Source: Micropruina sp. (GTDB taxonomy: Bacteria; Actinomycetota; Actinomycetes; Propionibacteriales; Propionibacteriaceae). From it: a stretch of DNA of 60,661 nucleotides. This document shows positions 50,019 through 60,100 of this stretch, piece by piece. Below the pieces are notes generated by a model. That model was not told where the DNA came from. It did no database searches and saw only the letters and a program-made list of their open reading frames with translations. Location of the stretch: the NCBI RefSeq assembly GCF_027492755.1, contig NZ_JAPUED010000125.1, positions 1 through 60,661 on the forward strand, in the 5' to 3' direction. How positions within the stretch are numbered: position 1 is the stretch's first letter; each line of letters begins with the position of its first letter. A program made the translations under genes and the position numbers.

Positions 50019-51506
50019 GTGTCCGAGCCGACTTCTGCCCAGCGCGCCGCCCTGGAGCAATTGCGTACCTCGTCGGCCACGGTGACGAGGCTGGCGACGC
50101 TGTTCGCCGACGCCGGCCACGAGCTCTACCTGGTCGGCGGGCCGGTACGTGACGCACTGCTCGGCCGGACCGGCAACGACCTGGACTTCACCACCTCGGC
50201 GCGTCCGGACGAGATCGAACGGCTGCTGCGGCGGCTGACCAACGCGGTCTGGGACATGGGCCGGGATTTCGGCACTATCGGCTGCGCGGTGCCCGACGAC
50301 CGAGCCCCGTCGAGCGGGTCCGCACCGGTCGAGGCTGCCGAAGCCCGCAGGCTGGTGCTCGAGGTGACCACCTTCCGCTCCGACGCCTACCAGGCCGACT
50401 CGCGCAAGCCGTCCGTGGTGTTCGGCGATCATCTCGGCGGCGATCTGGTGCGCCGCGACTTCACGGTGAACGCGATGGCGTTGGACATGGTGACCGGCGA
50501 GCTGCTGGACCCGTTCGGTGGCTTGGCCGATGCCGAGCAGGGGGTGCTGATGACGCCGTCGACCCCGGAGTTGTCGTTCAGCGACGATCCGTTGCGGATG
50601 ATGCGGGCAGCCCGGTTCGCGGCCCAGCTGGGGTTCCGTCCGGCGCCGGGCGTGGTGGCGGCGATGACCGCGATGGCCGACCGGATCGCGATCGTGTCGG
50701 CCGAACGGGTCCGTGACGAGCTGGTCAAGACGATCATGGCGCCGAATCCGCGGGTGGGGCTGAACCTGCTGGTGGTGACCGGGCTGGCCGCCCACGTGCT
50801 GCCCGAGTTGCCGGCGCTGCGGATGGAGCGTGACGAGCACAACCGGCACAAGGACGTCTACGAGCACACGTTGACCGTGCTGGAGCAGACCATCGACTTG
50901 GAGCCGCGGCTCGGCGGCCCCGACCTGATCGCCCGGCTGGCGGCGCTGCTGCACGACATCGGCAAGCCGCGGACGCGCCGGTTCGAGCCGGGCGGCAAGG
51001 TGTCCTTCCACCACCATGACGTGGTGGGCGCCAAGATGGCCACCAAGCGGATGCAGGCGCTGCGGTTTCCCACCGACCAGATCAAGGCGGTGGCCAAGCT
51101 GGTCGAGCTGCACCTGCGGTTCCACGGCTATGCCGACGCCGACTGGACCGACTCGGCGGTGCGCCGCTACGTGCGGGACGCCGGCGACGAGCTGGAGCGG
51201 CTGCACGTGCTGACCCGGTCGGACTGCACCACCCGCAACGCCCGCAAGGCGGCCCGGCTGCGCACCGCCTACGAGCAGCTGGAGTGGCGGATCGACGAGC
51301 TGGCCAAGCAGGAGCAACTGGACTCGATGCGCCCCGATCTGGACGGCACCCAGATCATGGCGATCCTCGGCATTCCGCCCGGCCGTGACGTCGGACAGGC
51401 GTACAAGTACCTGCTGGAGAAGCGGATCGACGAGGGCCCGCTCGGCGAGGAGAAGGCGCGTGAGGCGCTGCTGGCCTGGTGGGCGCAGCGGCAGGCGTCC
51501 GACTGA
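50019..51506 (+). CDS. cca: CCA tRNA nucleotidyltransferase (with HD domain)
   Basis: LVGGPVRD, DLDFTT, EVTTFR, RRDFTVNAMA, DDPLRMMRA, LLHDIGK. Confidence 0.93.
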   Translation: MSEPTSAQRAALEQLRTSSATVTRLATLFADAGHELYLVGGPVRDALLGRTGNDLDFTTSARPDEIERLLRRLTNAVWDMGRDFGTIGCAVPDDRAPSSGSAPVEAAEARRLVLEVTTFRSDAYQADSRKPSVVFGDHLGGDLVRRDFTVNAMALDMVTGELLDPFGGLADAEQGVLMTPSTPELSFSDDPLRMMRAARFAAQLGFRPAPGVVAAMTAMADRIAIVSAERVRDELVKTIMAPNPRVGLNLLVVTGLAAHVLPELPALRMERDEHNRHKDVYEHTLTVLEQTIDLEPRLGGPDLIARLAALLHDIGKPRTRRFEPGGKVSFHHHDVVGAKMATKRMQALRFPTDQIKAVAKLVELHLRFHGYADADWTDSAVRRYVRDAGDELERLHVLTRSDCTTRNARKAARLRTAYEQLEWRIDELAKQEQLDSMRPDLDGTQIMAILGIPPGRDVGQAYKYLLEKRIDEGPLGEEKAREALLAWWAQRQASD

Positions 51507-51507
51507 C

Positions 51508-52470
51508 TCAGGGGTGCCCGCCGTCGCGGTTGACGTCGGCCTTGGCCGGTTCGATGCCGTCGCGATCGGCCCACTGGAGCAGCTGGTCGATCCGGAACGA
51601 TTCGTCGTCGATGCCGGCGTGCAGGTCGCCCAGGTCGGCGAACCGGGCCGGCACGGACGCCAGGGTGAAGTCGCGCGGGTCGAGGTCGTCGATCTCGTCC
51701 CAGAACACCGGGGTGGACACCGTTCCGGTCGGGGTGCCACGGACCGAGTAGGCGCACGCGATGGTGTGATCGCGGGCGTTCTGGTTGAAGTCGACGAAGA
51801 TCTTCTTCGGATCGCGGTCCTTGCGCCACCAGACGGTGGTGGCGTCGTCGCAGCGCCGCTCCACCTCGCGGGCGAAGGCCAGTGCGGCCCGTCGCACCTC
51901 GCCGAACCCCCACTCCGGTTCGATCCGGACGTAGATGTGAAAGCCCTTGCCACCGGAGGTTTTCGGGTAGCCGGTGATGCCCAGCTCGTCCAGCACCTGG
52001 TGGGCGACGTGGGCCACCCGGCGAACGCCTGCGAAGTCGGCGTCCGGCATCGGATCGAGGTCGATCCGCCACTCGTCCGGCTGCTCGACGTGGCCGCGCC
52101 GGCTGTTCCACGGGTGGAACTCGACCGTCGACATCTGCACCGCCCAGATCACCTGGGCCAGCTCTGTGACGCACAACTCGTCGGCGGTGCGGCCGAACCG
52201 GGGGAACCACAGCTCGACGGTCTGCACCCACTCCGGTGCGCCGCCGGGCAGCCGCTTCTGGTGCACCTTCGGGCCGGCCAGGCCGTCCGGGAAGCGGTGC
52301 AGCATGCAGGGCCGCTCGCGCAGCGCCCGGACGATGCCGTCGCCGACCGCGAGGTAGTAGTCGACCAGGTCGTGCTTGGTCCAGCCCGTCTCGGGGAAGT
52401 AGACCCGGTCGGGATTGGTGACCCGGACGACCCGGTCATCCACCTCGATCTCGACAGCGGGACTGGGCAT
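51508..52470 (-). CDS. Stand-alone LigD-type primase-polymerase (Prim-PolC-like)
   Basis: TNPDRVYFP, RFPDG, IDLDP, KTSGGKGFH, DFNQN...TIACAYSVR; ATG at 52470. Confidence 0.9.
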   Translation of the reverse strand: MPSPAVEIEVDDRVVRVTNPDRVYFPETGWTKHDLVDYYLAVGDGIVRALRERPCMLHRFPDGLAGPKVHQKRLPGGAPEWVQTVELWFPRFGRTADELCVTELAQVIWAVQMSTVEFHPWNSRRGHVEQPDEWRIDLDPMPDADFAGVRRVAHVAHQVLDELGITGYPKTSGGKGFHIYVRIEPEWGFGEVRRAALAFAREVERRCDDATTVWWRKDRDPKKIFVDFNQNARDHTIACAYSVRGTPTGTVSTPVFWDEIDDLDPRDFTLASVPARFADLGDLHAGIDDESFRIDQLLQWADRDGIEPAKADVNRDGGHP

Positions 52471-52498
52471 GCCTCGACGGTAGCGGTGCAGCGATGAG

Positions 52499-52507
52499 TT
52501 ATCCACA
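52499..52507 (+). promoter_or_regulatory. Perfect DnaA-box sequence outside oriC
   Basis: TTATCCACA in the divergent Prim-Pol/DUF559 intergenic region. Confidence 0.55.
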
Positions 52508-52558
52508 GATTGTCGTTCGGCCGGCAGAGGTCGGTGCGAACTGTGGCTGGATAGCAGG

Positions 52559-53422
52559 ATGGACCCGCACCGTCGCGCGCTAGAAGTGCTGCGCGTCAAC
52601 GACGGAGTGCTCAGCTTCCGGAGGCATGCCCGGGCAACCATCAACACACTCCTCGCCGCCGAGTCGATCGTGCGGGTCCACCCGGGCGTGTTCGTCGATG
52701 CCGAGTTGCTCACCAGTCGGTTGACCCGATACGCCGCGGCACTGGAGGCACGCCCGGCCTCGGTGCTCTGGGGAGAGTCGGCGGTGGCCGCGATCACAGC
52801 CGACCAGAGCCCGTTCGGCCCGCGTGAGAAGATCCGGATCGCCCAGGCCGAGGCTGGTCGCCCGCCCTCGGGAGTCTCCATCCACCGCAGGCGGATCACG
52901 ACGATCAGGCGATTCAACGGACTGCGCTGTCCGTCCGCGGCGCTGGTGGCAGTCGAAGTGGCACCGCGGGACAACGGCCGTGCCGCCGACCTATTCGTGC
53001 GTGAGGGCTTGGTCACTCCGGGCGAACTGATGGAGGCCCTGCCGGAATTCGACAACGGGCGGGATCAGCAGACCCGCCGTCGGATCATGGTGAGCTATGC
53101 CGACAATCCGTGGTCGGGCGGCGAGCGTGAACTTCAAAACGTGCTGCGGGCAGCCGGCCTCACCGGGTGGGTCGCCAATGTTGTGCTGCGCGTGGGTGGC
53201 TTCACCTACTACCCCGACCTGTTGTTCGAAACGGCCATGCTGATCGTCGAATTCGATGGTTTCGCGGTACACGGGACCCGGCAGGCCTTCGAGTCCGATC
53301 GGATCCGGCAGAATCACCTGGTGCTCGCCGGTTACCGGGTGCTGCGGTACACCTGGCGGCGCCTGCAAGATGATCCGGCCGGCATTGTGGCCGAAATTCA
53401 GGCTGCACTCGAGCGGTTCTGA
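52559..53422 (+). CDS. DUF559 (Vsr-like PD-(D/E)xK) nuclease with AbiEi-like N-terminus
   Basis: RVHPGVF, SGGE, YPDLLF....IVEFDG..VH, DRIRQN.L...GYRVLRYTW. Confidence 0.85.
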   Translation: MDPHRRALEVLRVNDGVLSFRRHARATINTLLAAESIVRVHPGVFVDAELLTSRLTRYAAALEARPASVLWGESAVAAITADQSPFGPREKIRIAQAEAGRPPSGVSIHRRRITTIRRFNGLRCPSAALVAVEVAPRDNGRAADLFVREGLVTPGELMEALPEFDNGRDQQTRRRIMVSYADNPWSGGERELQNVLRAAGLTGWVANVVLRVGGFTYYPDLLFETAMLIVEFDGFAVHGTRQAFESDRIRQNHLVLAGYRVLRYTWRRLQDDPAGIVAEIQAALERF

Positions 53423-53439
53423 GAGAGTTCATCAACCGG

Positions 53440-53523
53440 TGAATACAGATTCGCACACTCGTCCCATCCCCGAGGCATGATGAATCGGTTGAGCATCTTA
53501 TCGAGTGTGCGGATCTGTATTCA
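53440..53523. repeat. 22-bp inverted repeat with 40-nt spacer downstream of DUF559
   Basis: TGAATACAGATTCGCACACTCG (53440-53461) pairs with CGAGTGTGCGGATCTGTATTCA (53502-53523), 21/22. Confidence 0.85.
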
Positions 53524-53553
53524 TCAATAGCCGAATTCCGTTCGGAGCCTCGT

Positions 53554-54495
53554 TCAACTCAGTGAGCCGTCGGGATTCACCCGGAATACGTCCACCTTCA
53601 CCTCGAGGGTGGAGTTCTTCGCTTCGGTGAACACCACGCCCTTCAGCGGGGAGACGTCGCGGAAGTCACGCCCCCAGGCGGTGACGATGTAGCGGGAGTC
53701 GGCGAAATGGTCGTTGGTCGGGTCGAGGTCGATCCACTCGCCGCCGGGCACCAGCACCGAGGTCCAGGCGTGCGAGGCGTCCGACCCCTCCAACTTCGGC
53801 TGCCCCGGTGGCGGCGAGGTCTCGACATAGCCCGAGACGTACCGGGCGGGCAGGCCGATGCTGCGCAGGCAGCCCGCCGCCAGGTGGGCGAAGTCCTGGC
53901 AGACCCCTTTGCGCAGCTTCAGCAACTCGGGCAGCGTGGTGCGTACCGACGTCGCTCCGAGCTCGTACTTGAAGTCGCGATAGATGGTCGCGTACAGCGA
54001 CTGCAGCGCGTCGCCGAGCGGACGATCGGCCCACAGGATGCTGTCGGCGTAGGCCCGCACCTCCGGGCCCAGCTCGACCAGGTCGGACGGCAGCAGGTAC
54101 TCGGCGCGCTCCATCGGGTCGGCTTCTTCGGCGACCCGCGCTGTGGCGTCCGCGACCGTGAAGGCGTTGAGCGACTCCATGCTGGGCCGCGGCCAGGCGA
54201 CGTCCACGAACGCGGTCTTGGCCACCACCAGCTCGCGGTGCGGCGTCCGGATCTCCACGTAGAAGCTGTGATTGCCGAAGTGATCGACGTGTTCGGTGAG
54301 CACGTCGGGGTCGGGCGAGACCGCCACCTCGTTGGACAGCACCTGCTGCGACCAGGTCTGGAGCGGACGCAGGAAGCCGCGCTCGTAGCAGGCCTCGACG
54401 TCGTCGTCGTAGCGGTAGATCGTCGAGTGCCGGACGCGGTACCGCCGCGGCGCGTAGTGATCGGGCGGTGCCGCCTCGGTGATCGGCTCAGTCAT
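53554..54495 (-). CDS. Transglutaminase-like protein
   Basis: N-terminal YRVRHSTIYRY; triad GVCQDFAH / SHAW / LDPTN; GRDFRDVSP. Confidence 0.92.
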   Translation of the reverse strand: MTEPITEAAPPDHYAPRRYRVRHSTIYRYDDDVEACYERGFLRPLQTWSQQVLSNEVAVSPDPDVLTEHVDHFGNHSFYVEIRTPHRELVVAKTAFVDVAWPRPSMESLNAFTVADATARVAEEADPMERAEYLLPSDLVELGPEVRAYADSILWADRPLGDALQSLYATIYRDFKYELGATSVRTTLPELLKLRKGVCQDFAHLAAGCLRSIGLPARYVSGYVETSPPPGQPKLEGSDASHAWTSVLVPGGEWIDLDPTNDHFADSRYIVTAWGRDFRDVSPLKGVVFTEAKNSTLEVKVDVFRVNPDGSLS

Positions 54496-57007
54496 CGGCC
54501 ACCTGCCAAGGGCTCGCCCAACCGGCGGTCTGCGGACGCCGCGGCGCCTGCCGGGAGAAGTGCAGCGAGGTCAGGTCGTCGGACAGCCGGCGGAAATCCT
54601 GCTCCAGTTCACGCAACCGGGTGGTCAGGGCTGCCGTCTCCAGCAGCTCCTCGGGCCGGACGGCGTCCAGTGCCTTGACCAGCGCGAGCGCCTTGGCCGC
54701 GGACGCCTCGTCGCCGAGCAGGGCCAGGTCGGCCGCCAGCGATTCGGCCTGGTACAGCACCGACCGCGGATTCGCCCGGTCGAGCAGCAGCAGCTCGATC
54801 GCCGACTCCAGCGCCAGCGTCGGACCGGTTCCGGCGGCCGCCCGGCGGCGGTGGGTGATGATCGACTCACCGGCCCGCAACACGCCTTCGACCACCAGAT
54901 CCTCGACCTGCCGGTCTTTCGCCTCAGCGAAAGCGCTGGTCAGCACCGACAGGGTCAGCTGAGCCCGCTCCATCCGGCAGCCGGCGTCCAGGAACGCCCA
55001 GGACTCGTCGCGCACCATGCTGTGGGCGACGATGCCGGCGAACGCCAGCAACGACTCCAGTACGTCGGCCAGCAGCGGCTGCAGCTGGTCGTCGTCGTCC
55101 GGGGTGTCGTCAAGGGTCTGCTGCAGGCGTCCGAGCACCGACCAGGTGTCGACGCTGAGCAGATCCCGGACGTGCTGGGCGGCGTTGATCACCTGGGTCG
55201 CGCAATGCCGGACGGTGCCGGTGCGCGAACCGTCGAGCACCACCTGACGCAGGTAGCCCAGCGGCGAGCCGTCCTGCCGCAGCGACTCGGTTCCGCTCAC
55301 CTGGGCCAGCGTCTGCAGCAGCGCTTCGGTGGCGCGGGCGCCCGGCGTCCGGGTGCGGCTGGAGTTGTCCTCGGCGAAGTCGTCGACCACCGTCAGTAGC
55401 CGCGCGGTGCCCTCGGCGCGTTCGGCGTAGCGACCCAGCCAGTACAGGTTGTCCACCACCCGGGGCGACAGCCCGGCGGACCGGGCGAGCAGCACCGGCG
55501 CCACCACCCGGTCGCGGGAGGTCGGGGTCAGCTGGTCGGCCTCGCTGGAGATCACCCAGACGTCCTTGGCCAGCGCGCCGCTGTAGTTGGAGACCGTGTG
55601 TTCGCCGACCCGGGCGGCCACCCGGCCCAGGCCGCCGGGCAGGAAGCGGTAGTCGTCGTCATGGGCGACGCCGAAGGCACGCAGCACGAACCGGCGCGGC
55701 TCCAGGCCGGCGCGGGTCACCACCGGAGCGGTGGAGAGGTGCATCCGTTCCTGGCCGCACCAGGCCCAGGGTTCGGCGGCGATCCGGGACGCCAGTTCGT
55801 CGCGTTCCTGCGCCGTCAGCTGCCAGCCGTAGCGCAGCGCACCCGACGCCCGCGAGATCGGCTTGATCACCAGGTTCTCCAGGTTGGCCAGCACGTGGGA
55901 GCGGTCGGCGTCGCGTCCGCACCACCAGGTGGCCGGCATCGGCAGCCGCAGTTCCTCGCCGAGCAGGGCCTCCGCGGCAGCGTTGAGGTGGGCGGACAGC
56001 CCCGGGTTCTCCAGGACGCCGGCGCCGATCGGGTTTACCACGGCGACGGTCCGGTTCCGGGTGGCCTCGATCAGGCCGGGAATGCCGAGTTGTGAGTCAC
56101 CGCGCAGTTCCAGCGGGTCGGCGAAGGCGGCGTCCACCCGGCGCAGCACCACGTCGACCTGCTCCAGCCGGTCGCCGGCCCGCAGCCACACCTTGCCCCG
56201 GTGCATCACCAGGTCGTCGGCCTCGACCAGCGGAAAGCCGAGCAGGGTCGCCAGGTAGGCCTGTTCGAACGCGGTCTCGCTGTTCGGCCCGGGGGTGAGC
56301 AGCACCACCCGCGGCGGTTCGGTGGCGGACGGCGAGGCGTCCTGCAGGGCGGCGGTGAAGGTCTGGAAGAAGCCGCGCAGCCGGGCCAGCGGCATCGACC
56401 GGTGCACACCGGCCATCACCCGAGAGATGATCCGCCGGGTCGCCATCGCATAGCCGGGGCCGGACGGCGCCTGGGTGCGGTTCGAGATCACCGTCCAGCG
56501 GCCCTCGGGGTCGCGGCCCAGATCGGTGGCGGCGATCACCAGCTGGCGGCGTCCGGGTGCGCTGATGCCCTCGGTCTGCCGGATGTAGCCGTCGTGGGCG
56601 AGGATCACCTCGGGCGGGAGCACCCGGCGCCGGAGCAGCTGCTGTTCGCCGTACAGGTCGCCCAGGACCAGGTCGAGCAGCCGGGCCCGCTGCCGCAGCC
56701 CTGCCTCCAGGTCGGCCCACTCGGTGGCGCCGAGCAGCACCGGGATCGGGTCGATCGCCCAGTTCCGGCTGCCGGTCAAGCCGGTGCCGTAGGTGACGCC
56801 CTCGTCGGCGGCGAAGGTGCGGGCCTCGGCGCGGGCCGCCTGCAGCCCGGCCATGCCCATCGCGTCGACGGCGGCGCCGAGCGCGGCCTGGTCGGCGCGC
56901 AGGCCGGTCGAGGTGACCAGTTCGTCGATCACGCCGGGACGCAGGCGTGCCCGGTAGTCGTCGAGCACGCCCGATTCGACCGAAACGGCTGCGGACATGG
57001 GGCTCAC
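54488..57007 (-). CDS. Circularly permuted ATP-grasp (type 2) fused to an alpha-E (DUF403) domain
   Basis: QAPSGPGYA, LLTPGP, RRVD...DPLEL, LVIKP, PGGLGRV, KDVWV; alpha-E LYWLGRYAERAE and RMERA. Start could be 56998. Confidence 0.9.
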   Translation of the reverse strand: MSPMSAAVSVESGVLDDYRARLRPGVIDELVTSTGLRADQAALGAAVDAMGMAGLQAARAEARTFAADEGVTYGTGLTGSRNWAIDPIPVLLGATEWADLEAGLRQRARLLDLVLGDLYGEQQLLRRRVLPPEVILAHDGYIRQTEGISAPGRRQLVIAATDLGRDPEGRWTVISNRTQAPSGPGYAMATRRIISRVMAGVHRSMPLARLRGFFQTFTAALQDASPSATEPPRVVLLTPGPNSETAFEQAYLATLLGFPLVEADDLVMHRGKVWLRAGDRLEQVDVVLRRVDAAFADPLELRGDSQLGIPGLIEATRNRTVAVVNPIGAGVLENPGLSAHLNAAAEALLGEELRLPMPATWWCGRDADRSHVLANLENLVIKPISRASGALRYGWQLTAQERDELASRIAAEPWAWCGQERMHLSTAPVVTRAGLEPRRFVLRAFGVAHDDDYRFLPGGLGRVAARVGEHTVSNYSGALAKDVWVISSEADQLTPTSRDRVVAPVLLARSAGLSPRVVDNLYWLGRYAERAEGTARLLTVVDDFAEDNSSRTRTPGARATEALLQTLAQVSGTESLRQDGSPLGYLRQVVLDGSRTGTVRHCATQVINAAQHVRDLLSVDTWSVLGRLQQTLDDTPDDDDQLQPLLADVLESLLAFAGIVAHSMVRDESWAFLDAGCRMERAQLTLSVLTSAFAEAKDRQVEDLVVEGVLRAGESIITHRRRAAAGTGPTLALESAIELLLLDRANPRSVLYQAESLAADLALLGDEASAAKALALVKALDAVRPEELLETAALTTRLRELEQDFRRLSDDLTSLHFSRQAPRRPQTAGWASPWQVADD

Positions 57008-57070
57008 CTTAGGGGGACGGCCACCCGCCGGTGCGGTCGCGCCAATCCGTGGCTACGTCGGACCGGTGCG

Positions 57071-57098
57071 GGGATCCCGGCGTTCGCCGGGATGACGG
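57071..57098 (-). repeat. CGTC-type REP-like hairpin (CCGTCATCCCGGCGAACGCCGGGATCCC)
   Basis: ATCCCGGCG-AA-CGCCGGGAT stem preceded by CGTC; single copy in the window. Confidence 0.6.
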
Positions 57099-57103
57099 AT
57101 GGC

Positions 57104-60100
57104 TCAGTGGTTGCCGGGGGAGTAGCGGCGCAGGTCGAGCGTGCAGGGGTATTCGGTGCCCATCGGACCCGACAGCGCCTCGGCCGCCGGCCAGGAGGAC
57201 GTGTCGACCGAACCGGCGGTGTGCCCGTGGGGCTGGAACCGGGCGGCTCGGCGTGACTCCGCCTCGACCGCGTTGACCGGGTAGGTGTCGTAGTTGCGGC
57301 CACCCGGGTGCACCACGTGATAGGTGAAGCCGCCCAGCGATCGGTCGTTCCAGGTGTCGACCAGGTCGAAGACCAGCGGCGAATGCACTCCCATCGTCGG
57401 GTGCAGCGCCGACCACGGCGCCCAGGCCCGGTAGCGGACGCCGCCGGCGAACATGCCGACCGTGGACGGCTCGTCGTCGCCGCCCAGCGCGGTGCCCCAA
57501 CCGCCGTTGGCGATCGGCGTCAGCGGCACCGGGACGCCGTTGCAGGTGACCACGTGCCGTCCCTCGATGAAGCCGGACGCCGCCAGCTGCACCCGCTCGA
57601 CCGACGAATCCACGTAGCGGGCGGTGCCGGTGCCGGTGGCCTCCTCACCGAGCACGTGCCAGGGCTCGATCGCCTGCCGCAGCTCCAGGTGGACGCCGGA
57701 GATCCGGGTCTCGCCGAGCCGCGGGAAGCGGAACTCCAGGAACGGGTCCAGCCAGGCCGGGTCGAACCGGACGCCGGGCGCGGCCTCGGACAGCCACTCG
57801 TTGACGTCGGCCACCACTTCGCGCAGATCGGACGCCGCGAAGGCCGGCAGCAGGAACCGATCGTGCAGCCGGGTGCCCCAGCGGATCAGCCGGCCCCGGT
57901 AGGGACGGGCCCAGAACATCGCCACCAGGCAGCGCACCAGCAGCGCCTGGACCAGTGCCATCCGGGCGTGCGGCGGCATCTCGAACCCACGCAGTTCCAG
58001 CAGGCCGAGGCGTCCGCGCTGCGAGTCGGGCGAGTACAGCTTGTCGATGCAGAACTCGGAGCGGTGGGTGTTGCCGGTCAGGTCGGTGAGCAGGTGCCGC
58101 AGCAGCCGGTCGGTGTTCCAGGGCAGTGCCGGGCCGCCCCACGGCGGCGCGAACTTCTCGGCGTCCGCGGTCACCCGGTCGAGTTCGGCGAACGCGATCT
58201 CCATCTCGTACAGCGTCTCGAAGCGGCCCTCGTCGAACCGCGGCGCCTGCGAGGTGGGGCCGATGAACCGTCCGGAGAACACGTATGACAAGGCCGGATG
58301 ATGCTGCCAGTAGGTGATCAGCGAACGCAGCAGGTCGGGCCGGCGCAGCAGCGGGGAATCGGCCGGGGTCGCGCCGCCGAGGGTGAAGTGGTTGCCGCCG
58401 CCGGTGCCGGTGTGGGTGCCGTCCAGGTCGAACTTCTCGGTGGCCAGCCGGGTCTGCCGCGCATCCTCGTACAAGCTCAGGGTGAGGTCGCGCTGCTCGG
58501 CCCAGTTGCTGGTGGGCTGGGTGTTCACCTCGATCACGCCCGGGTCGGGGGTGACCGACAACGTCTTGGTGCGCAGGTCGAACGGCAGCGGATAGCCCTC
58601 CAGGACGACCGGCAGCTCCACCGCGGACGCTGCGGTCTCGATCACGCTGAGCAGTTCCAGAGCGTCCTCCAGCTTGGTCAGCGGCGGCAGGAAGACGTAG
58701 AGCCGGCCGTCCCGCTCTTCGACGCACAGGGCGGTGCGCGGCGAGTCGGCGATGTCCTGGATGACGGCCTCCGGCGGCTCGCCCTCCACGATCAGTGGCA
58801 GCAGCCCGGTCATCTCCAGCGCCGAGCGTTCGGGTTCCTCCGGCGGTTCGCGCCAGCTCAGCGAGGACAGCGGCAGCCGCAGGCCCATCGGTGAGGTGCC
58901 AGGGGTGAGGAACAGGTGCCGCCGTCGCGGCCGCCATTGCGCGGTACCCCAGCAGCCCTCGTCGGTCAGCCGGAACACCGGCACCACCCAGCCCCGCGGG
59001 CGACCGGGGTCCTGGTCCAGCTCGGCGACCTTGGCGGCGCGCGCCTCGGCGTCGGCCAGCGCCGGATCGTCCGGTTCCAGGTCGGTCGTCGGCCGCTCCT
59101 CCCCGAGCGGGCGCTGCGCCTCGGCCAGCAGGTCGGAAAGTGCGTCCTCGTAAGCCGGTACCACGTGCCCGCTGGGAATGCCCAGGCCACCGGCGATGTA
59201 GGCGGCCAGATCCCGCACCCCGGTCTGCGCTTCCGCCGAACCGGGTTCGACGCACGGCTCGTCCCACGGGTTGGCCAGCAGCGAGCGGTCCTCCCAGATC
59301 GGGATGCCGTCGGTGCGCCAGGTGATCGCGATGTTCCAGCGCGGCAGATCCTCGCCCGGGTACCACTTGCCCTGACCGTGGTGGACGACGCCGCCCGGCG
59401 CCCAGCGCTGCTCCAGCCGGGCGGCCAGTTGCTGGGCCAGCACCCGCTTCTCCGGGCCGTCGGCGGCGCCCTCCCACTGCGGGGTGGCGGTGTCGTCGGC
59501 GGAGACGAAGGTGGGCTCGCCGCCCATGGTGAGCCGGACGTCGCCCGCGGCCAGCAGTTGGTCGACCCGCTCGCCCAGAGCGTCCGCGGCCGCCCATTGG
59601 GCGTCGGTGTACGGCTTGGTGACCCGCGGATCCTCATGCACCCGCTGGACCGTGTTGGAGAACGCCATGGTCACCTCGACCGGCGCGGTGGCTCCGGTGA
59701 TCGGCGCCGCGGACGACGGGTGCGGCGTCGCTGACAAGGGAATATGGCCCTCCCCGGCGAACAGCCCCGAGGTCGGGTCGAGGCCGATCCAGCCGGCGCC
59801 GGGGATGAACACCTCGGCCCAGGCGTGCAGGTCGGTGAAGTCCTCGGTCGGTCCGGACGGCCCGTCCAGCGCCTCCACGTCGGAGGTCAGCTGGACCAGG
59901 TAACCGGAGACGAACCGGGCCGCCAGACCGGCCTCGCGCAGGATCGACACCAGCAGCCAGGCCGAGTCACGGCACGAGCCGAGCGCCTTGGCCAGCGTGG
60001 TGTCCGGACTCTGCACCCCGGGCTCCATCCGGACGGTGTAGGCGATGTCGGCCTGCAGCGCGGTGTTCACCGCGACCAGAAAGTCCACCATGCGTGGCCG

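Noticed and set aside
52471-53055. Extension of the Prim-Pol ORF to 515 aa
   Set aside because: Antisense to the DUF559 gene; ATG 52470 has a leaderless -10 and matches the domain start.
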